A stretch of DNA of 64,000 nucleotides from positions 227,804 to 291,803 of the forward strand of contig CAZAZU010000001.1 of assembly GCA_964490105.1 (NCBI GenBank), read 5' to 3'. The translations under genes were made by a program, and so were the position numbers. The stretch's first letter is position 1, and each line of letters starts with the position of its first letter. Below the pieces are notes generated by a model that saw nothing but the letters and a program-made list of their open reading frames with translations, searched no databases and was not told the origin of the DNA. Below, piece after piece: positions 58,742 to 64,000 of the stretch. Source of the stretch: an uncultured Gammaproteobacteria bacterium. GTDB lineage: Bacteria > Patescibacteriota > Microgenomatia > Levybacterales > UBA12049.

Positions 58742-61700
58742 ATGGCGGACTTTGTACACCTTCACAATCATAGTGAATATTCACTTTTAGACGGGCTCTC
58801 GAAAATTACTGAAATGGTTTCGCAAGCTAAAGCACTGGGCATGAAAGCATTAGCGATTACTGATCATGGAAATCTTTATGGTGCAATTAAATTTTATAGG
58901 GCCTGTAAAGAAGCTGGTATAAAACCAATCATAGGATGCGAGATCTACATTTCAAGACGCACTCGCCATGATAAAGAAGCCGGTCTGGATTCAGATTCCA
59001 ATCATTTAATCCTGCTCGCAAAAAACGATACAGGCTATAAAAACTTAATGAGAATTATCTCTATCGCAAACCTTGAAGGATATTATTACAAGCCAAGAAG
59101 TGACATGGAACTTTTAAAGCAGTACAGCGAAGGTTTAATTTGTCTTAGCGCATGTGTAAACGGATATGTTTCCGAACCGCTTCTAGAAAACCAGGAGGAA
59201 ACAGCTGAAAAAAGAGCAAAAACACTGTCTGAAATCTTTGGTAAAGATAACTTTTACTTAGAAATTCAAAAACATTTAAACGTCAAAAAGCAGGATGAAC
59301 TAAACGAAAAACTTATAAAACTCTCAAGAAAGTTAGGAATTCCGCTTGTTGCCACCAACGATAACCATTATGTAAAAAATGGAGACGCGGAAGCTCAAGA
59401 AGTACTTCTATGTATACAGACCCAAACCACCCTTACAACTCCTAACAGAAAGCTTTCAATGATAGACTCCCCTGATTTTTATATGAAAAGCTCAGAAGAA
59501 ATGACAGGGCTATTTATTCAGACACCTGAAGCTGTAGAAAATACTGTAAAGATCGCTGATATGTGCGACCTGGAAATTCAGCTTGGGAAATGGATCATGC
59601 CTGTATTCGACGTTCCAGATAAAACTTCTTCAGGCGATTATTTAAAAAAACTTGTTAAAGAGGGACTCAAAAAAAGGTACGGTGAAATTACAGAAGAAAC
59701 AGAAAAGCGAGCCGACTATGAACTCTCAATTATTATCGGAAAGAAATATGAAACATATTTCTTAATCGTAGCTGACTTTGTGAGATGGGCTAAGTCCCAA
59801 GGAATAAGTGTGGGACCAGGAAGAGGCTCAGCTGCTGGTTCAGTTGTCTCTTATGCTTTAGGAATTACCGATATTGACCCGTTCTTTTTTAATCTGCCGT
59901 TTGAAAGATTCTTAAATCCAGACCGTCCATCAGCTCCAGATATCGATTTAGATTTTGCAGATACTAGACGGGATGAGGTTATTGAATATGTCACTAAAAA
60001 ATATGGAAAGGATAAAGTGGCGCAAATTATAACCTTTGGAACCATGGAAGCCAGAGGATCAGTTAGAGATACGGGGCGTGCTATGGGAATGCCTTATTCA
60101 GGTCCAGATAGAATCTCGAAAATGATCCCTCCAGGATGGCAAGGACACGCTATGACACTTGATACAGCACTTGAGCAAAGCCCTGAATTAAAAATGGCCT
60201 ACTCCACTGAATCTGATACAAAAAAACTTCTTGATTTAGCAAGAAAAACAGAAGGGGTGGCCCGTCACGCTTCAGTGCACGCTGCTGGAGTTGTAATTGC
60301 CGATAAGCCTTTAACAGATTACACTCCCCTTCAAAAAGAAACGAACGGTGACAAAGTTATTACTCAGTACGATATGTATACAGTAGGAGAAGATGGAGTC
60401 GGACTTTTAAAAATGGACTTTTTGGGACTTCGAAATCTAACTATTATCGAAGAGGCTTTAAATTTTATAAAAATAAATAAAGGCGTAGAAATTGACCTTT
60501 CCACACTTCCTCTGGACGACAAAAAAACATATGATCTATTATCAGAAGCTGAAACAACTGGAATTTTTCAGCTTGAATCTGCTGGAATGCGTCGTTACAT
60601 TAAGGATTTAAAGCCTACTTCCATATTTGATCTTATGGCCATGGTAGCGCTATACCGCCCCGGTCCTATGGCAAATATTCCAGAGTTTATCGAGAGAAAA
60701 AGAGATCCTTCGAAAATAAAACTCCCCGATAAAAGACTGGAAGAAGCGCTAAAACAATCTTACGGAATGCTTGTATACCAAGACGACGTTTTACTTACAA
60801 CTATTGCTATCGCTGGCTACACATGGCTTGATGCAGATAAGTTTAGAAAAGCTATGGGAAAGAAAATTCCAGCAGAAATGAAAAAACAAAAAGAACAATT
60901 CATGACTGGAGCTATTGCGAATGGTTTGTCTCAAAAAAAAGCAGAATCAATTTTTAATCTTATTGCTCCTTTTGCAGGATACGGATTCAACAAGGCACAC
61001 GCCGCTTGTTACGCGACAATTGCATACAGAACTGGGTATCTTAAAGCAAATTACCCCGTAGAATTCATGACAGCACTTTTAACTGCTGAGTCGAGAGGCT
61101 CTACTGGTCCTGTAAAAAACGAGAAAATCGCTCAAGCAATAGCTGAATGCAAAAGATTAAATCTGACAGTTCTCCCCCCTAATATAAATAAATCTGGCCG
61201 GGATTTTACGATCGAAGAAAAAACTATGACCAGATTTGGGCTTTCAGCTATTAAAAATGTGGGAGAAGCAGCGATCGCAAATATCTTGGAAAATAGAGAA
61301 AAAGGAGAATTCAAAAGTTTTGAAGATTTTTGTATAAGAGTAAATCTTTCTACTATAAATAAAAAAACAATTGAAAGTCTTATAAAAGCCGGCGCAATGG
61401 ATATCTTCGGAAATCGGGCTCAGCTTTTATCAAATTACTCTGAAATAATTGAAAACGTAAATAGAGTTAAGAAAAACAAACTTGAGGGTCAGTCTAGTCT
61501 TTTCGGAGAAGAAGCTGAAGAAGAGGTTAGATCAACAACTCAGGTCATCGAAGACTTTTCTCCAAATGAAAAACTGGGATTTGAAAAAGAATTTTTAGGT
61601 TTTTACTTAACATCTCATCCCCAAATGGCAAATTTATTGGCTGTAAAATCTCTGACTAGCCACGATATTTCCCAGCTTGAAGAAGTAGTTGAAGGAAAGT

Positions 61701-61960
61701 TTGTGACTGTAGGTGGCATAATCGAAACAACACGCAAGATATTCACTAAAAAAACTGGAGCCGAAATGGCATTTATTACAATTAGTGACGAAAAAGGTGT
61801 AACCATAGAAGTAGTAGTATTTCCGAAAATTTACGAAAGACATAAAAGTCTAATAGCTACAGATAATTTGGTAATCGTCGAAGGAAAACTTGATACTAAA
61901 AACGATAGGCCAGTAATACTCGCGGAAAAACTATCAACCATGAAATATTCCCCATCTTGA
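58742..61960 (+). CDS. dnaE: DNA polymerase III alpha subunit
   Basis: FVHLH.HSEYSLLDG, GPGRGSAAGS, PDIDLDF, KMDFLGL, YGFNKAHA. Confidence 0.98.
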   Translation: MADFVHLHNHSEYSLLDGLSKITEMVSQAKALGMKALAITDHGNLYGAIKFYRACKEAGIKPIIGCEIYISRRTRHDKEAGLDSDSNHLILLAKNDTGYKNLMRIISIANLEGYYYKPRSDMELLKQYSEGLICLSACVNGYVSEPLLENQEETAEKRAKTLSEIFGKDNFYLEIQKHLNVKKQDELNEKLIKLSRKLGIPLVATNDNHYVKNGDAEAQEVLLCIQTQTTLTTPNRKLSMIDSPDFYMKSSEEMTGLFIQTPEAVENTVKIADMCDLEIQLGKWIMPVFDVPDKTSSGDYLKKLVKEGLKKRYGEITEETEKRADYELSIIIGKKYETYFLIVADFVRWAKSQGISVGPGRGSAAGSVVSYALGITDIDPFFFNLPFERFLNPDRPSAPDIDLDFADTRRDEVIEYVTKKYGKDKVAQIITFGTMEARGSVRDTGRAMGMPYSGPDRISKMIPPGWQGHAMTLDTALEQSPELKMAYSTESDTKKLLDLARKTEGVARHASVHAAGVVIADKPLTDYTPLQKETNGDKVITQYDMYTVGEDGVGLLKMDFLGLRNLTIIEEALNFIKINKGVEIDLSTLPLDDKKTYDLLSEAETTGIFQLESAGMRRYIKDLKPTSIFDLMAMVALYRPGPMANIPEFIERKRDPSKIKLPDKRLEEALKQSYGMLVYQDDVLLTTIAIAGYTWLDADKFRKAMGKKIPAEMKKQKEQFMTGAIANGLSQKKAESIFNLIAPFAGYGFNKAHAACYATIAYRTGYLKANYPVEFMTALLTAESRGSTGPVKNEKIAQAIAECKRLNLTVLPPNINKSGRDFTIEEKTMTRFGLSAIKNVGEAAIANILENREKGEFKSFEDFCIRVNLSTINKKTIESLIKAGAMDIFGNRAQLLSNYSEIIENVNRVKKNKLEGQSSLFGEEAEEEVRSTTQVIEDFSPNEKLGFEKEFLGFYLTSHPQMANLLAVKSLTSHDISQLEEVVEGKFVTVGGIIETTRKIFTKKTGAEMAFITISDEKGVTIEVVVFPKIYERHKSLIATDNLVIVEGKLDTKNDRPVILAEKLSTMKYSPS

Positions 61961-61999
61961 CGCAGACTAGGCTTGGATTGTAAAATGTAAGAGATTTAA

Positions 62000-62857
62000 A
62001 TGGCAAGTTTTGCACCGGAAGTGTTTTTCCATGTGGGGAAGCTTCCGATAACTAATACAGTACTAAACACCATCTTAGTAGATGGTTTTTTAATTTTACT
62101 AGCATTCATGGTGCGAAGTAAGATTGCACTCATCCCCGGAAAATTCCAAAGCGTCATGGAAATGTTTATAGGAGGCTTCTATGGATTTGTCGAGGGAATT
62201 TCAGGAAATAAGACTAAGAAGATATTCCCTTTCTTTATGACTTTTTTTCTTTTTATATTGGTCGCGAATTGGTCTGGACTCATTCCTGGAATTGCGACTT
62301 TTGGAATAGAACACCTTGAAACAGATCATGGAAAGACATCAATGCATATAATCCCGTTCATTAGACCGCTCACTAGTGACTTAAACGCAACTTTTGCCCT
62401 AGCTTTAGTTTCGCTTTTTGCAACACATATCTTAGCAATTAGATCACTTGGGATTAGTGAATATCTTTCTAAATTCTTCGCATTTCTTCCATTCATAATT
62501 TCTTTGGTAAAGGGTAAAGCGAAATTCAATTTGAATTTTAAAGATCCAATCGGACTAGTTGTTGGAATTGTCACTCCTCTGGTTATGATATTCGTAGGAG
62601 GACTTGAACTTATCTCAGAATTAGTGAAAGCAATCTCTCTCTCCTTCCGTCTTTTTGGAAACATTTACGCAGGAGAAGTAGTCCTAGAAACGGTTCATGG
62701 AATTTTCGCTTTTGTATTCCCTCTTCCTTTTTTAATGTTAGAAGTTATCGTAGGCATCGTCCAGGCATTAGTTTTCGCTATGCTTACGATGGCGTTTATG
62801 GTAATATTATCAACGTCTCATCATGAAGAAGAGACACATAAGGAGGTGAGTCATTAG
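62000..62857 (+). CDS. atpB: ATP synthase F0 subunit a
   Basis: PGKFQ...E, NW.GL.P, SLSFRLFGNI.AGE, QA.VF..LT. Confidence 0.95.
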   Translation: MASFAPEVFFHVGKLPITNTVLNTILVDGFLILLAFMVRSKIALIPGKFQSVMEMFIGGFYGFVEGISGNKTKKIFPFFMTFFLFILVANWSGLIPGIATFGIEHLETDHGKTSMHIIPFIRPLTSDLNATFALALVSLFATHILAIRSLGISEYLSKFFAFLPFIISLVKGKAKFNLNFKDPIGLVVGIVTPLVMIFVGGLELISELVKAISLSFRLFGNIYAGEVVLETVHGIFAFVFPLPFLMLEVIVGIVQALVFAMLTMAFMVILSTSHHEEETHKEVSH

Positions 62858-63063
62858 TGGAATTTAGTATTTCCGGAGGATTAATTGTTGCATTGGGAGG
62901 TATTTTCCCAGCATTCGCAATCGGTCTTATTGGAGCAAAAGCTATGGAAGCAATCGGTAGAAACCCTGAAGCATCAGGAAAGATTCTCCCTGCAATGCTT
63001 TTAGGTATGGCGTTTGCTGAAGCTATCGCAATTTATTCTCTTATCTTGGCTTTTACAGGATAA
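62857..63063 (+). CDS. atpE: ATP synthase F0 subunit c
   Basis: SD AAGGAGGTG, GTG start; GRNPEA loop, FAEAIAIY. Confidence 0.96.
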   Translation: MEFSISGGLIVALGGIFPAFAIGLIGAKAMEAIGRNPEASGKILPAMLLGMAFAEAIAIYSLILAFTG

Positions 63064-63075
63064 TTTTTAATAAAT

Positions 63076-63579
63076 ATGGAACTTTTGAAGGATTTTGGGT
63101 TCGATCCCATTCTTTTAACAGCGCAGATTATTAATTTTTTAATAGTCTTAGTTGTGTTAAAGAAATTTATGTATAAACCTGTTCTTGACATGCTCAAAAA
63201 ACGGGAAAATGACATAAAGAGGGGTATAAAAGATTCAGAAGAAGCTGAAAAAAGATTGGCTGAAGCTGAAGAAAAAGAAAAACAAATCCTTCAAAAAGCC
63301 CGAAGTGAAGCAGATAAAATGCTTTTAGAGGCCAAAAATGAAGCTGATGGACTCAAAACGGAAAAAATGGAACAAACAAGGGCTGAGGTTGAAAAAATGC
63401 TTGAACAGGCCAGACTAACTATTGCCCAGGAAACAAAAGAAGCAGAAGAAAGGCTTACCAGAAAAGTCGGAGGAATTGCAATTGCACTTTTGGAAAAATC
63501 ACTAGTTGGTATTTTTGGAGAAAAAGAACAAAAAGTAATTTTGAAAAAAGCTACAGATCAATTGCAAAAAAATAATTAA
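63076..63579 (+). CDS. atpF: ATP synthase F0 subunit b
   Basis: AQIINFL.....L.KF.YKP....L.KR, coiled coil. Confidence 0.93.
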   Translation: MELLKDFGFDPILLTAQIINFLIVLVVLKKFMYKPVLDMLKKRENDIKRGIKDSEEAEKRLAEAEEKEKQILQKARSEADKMLLEAKNEADGLKTEKMEQTRAEVEKMLEQARLTIAQETKEAEERLTRKVGGIAIALLEKSLVGIFGEKEQKVILKKATDQLQKNN

Positions 63580-63932
63580 TGAAAAAAAATATTATAAAAA
63601 AATTAGCTGTAAAAAGTTTCAATAAAAATAAGTTAGATGAAAAAGTTGTTATGAAAGTTGCAAAAGTATTGAAAAGAGAAGACTTGAAGGTGTATATTAA
63701 GGACTTAAAAAATATGGAAGCTAAAAAAACTGTAACAGTTACTATCCCCTCTTCAAAAGGCGTAGGTGACATGAAAAAATATTTTGATAGAATATATCCA
63801 GGTAAAAGAATTGTTTTTAAAGTCGACGAATCTCTTCTAACGGGTATTAAGGTTGTAGATTACGATAACGTCTATGAACTTTCTTTAAAGGGCTTACTCG
63901 AACACTCACTCAAAGGAGCAACAAATGATTGA
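63579..63932 (+). CDS. atpH: ATP synthase F1 delta subunit (short form)
   Basis: Operon position; C-terminal VDESLL.GI.V...D.VY..S. Confidence 0.8.
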   Translation: MKKNIIKKLAVKSFNKNKLDEKVVMKVAKVLKREDLKVYIKDLKNMEAKKTVTVTIPSSKGVGDMKKYFDRIYPGKRIVFKVDESLLTGIKVVDYDNVYELSLKGLLEHSLKGATND

Positions 63933-64000
63933 CGAAAATAACATAATCAATGAACTAGAAAAAAACTTAATGAGCTGGGGCAAAGATCCTAAGACTCAAA
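63925..64000 (+). CDS. atpA: ATP synthase F1 alpha subunit, N-terminus (truncated by window)
   Basis: AAGGAG SD, open frame MIDENNIINELEKNL...; called mainly from operon order. Confidence 0.6.
   Translation, partial: MIDENNIINELEKNLMSWGKDPKTQ

Overview
AT-rich chromosomal segment from a small-genome bacterium, most consistent with Patescibacteria/CPR (Microgenomates-like). This is an inference from the compact genes, mostly leaderless starts, shortened UvrC/HolA/AtpH, MurT-GatD and many orphan ORFs. The housekeeping content is secG, uvrA/B/C, lexA, PMM, PGI/PMI, ppsA, eno, rsmI, rplS, pyrG, polX, lemA/htpX, murT/gatD, gatCAB, dnaE, atpBEFH plus the start of atpA, and four tRNAs (Lys-TTT, Glu-TTC, Gly-CCC, Asp-GTC). 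The most unusual part is a cell-surface island at about 7.9-19.9 kb. It holds four paralogous secreted proteins built from an ~85-90 aa Asn/Asp/Thr/Gly-rich repeat with Cys-pair linkers. One carries an LPVTG sorting signal and sits directly upstream of a sortase. The island also has a DUF2292/YezD-like small protein, two paralogous secreted proteins (one with RTX repeats) and a GT-C-like membrane enzyme. Its non-coding regions look co-regulated: terminators inside 5' leaders, a shared GACCGCAAACGGA mini-hairpin, unusually strong Shine-Dalgarno sites, and a 21-nt leader segment perfectly antisense to the start of one repeat-protein gene. A separate unexplained structured-RNA candidate lies at about 28.13-28.25 kb. 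No CRISPR array, rRNA, integrase or transposase was seen. All calls come from reading motifs by eye; no database searches were run.
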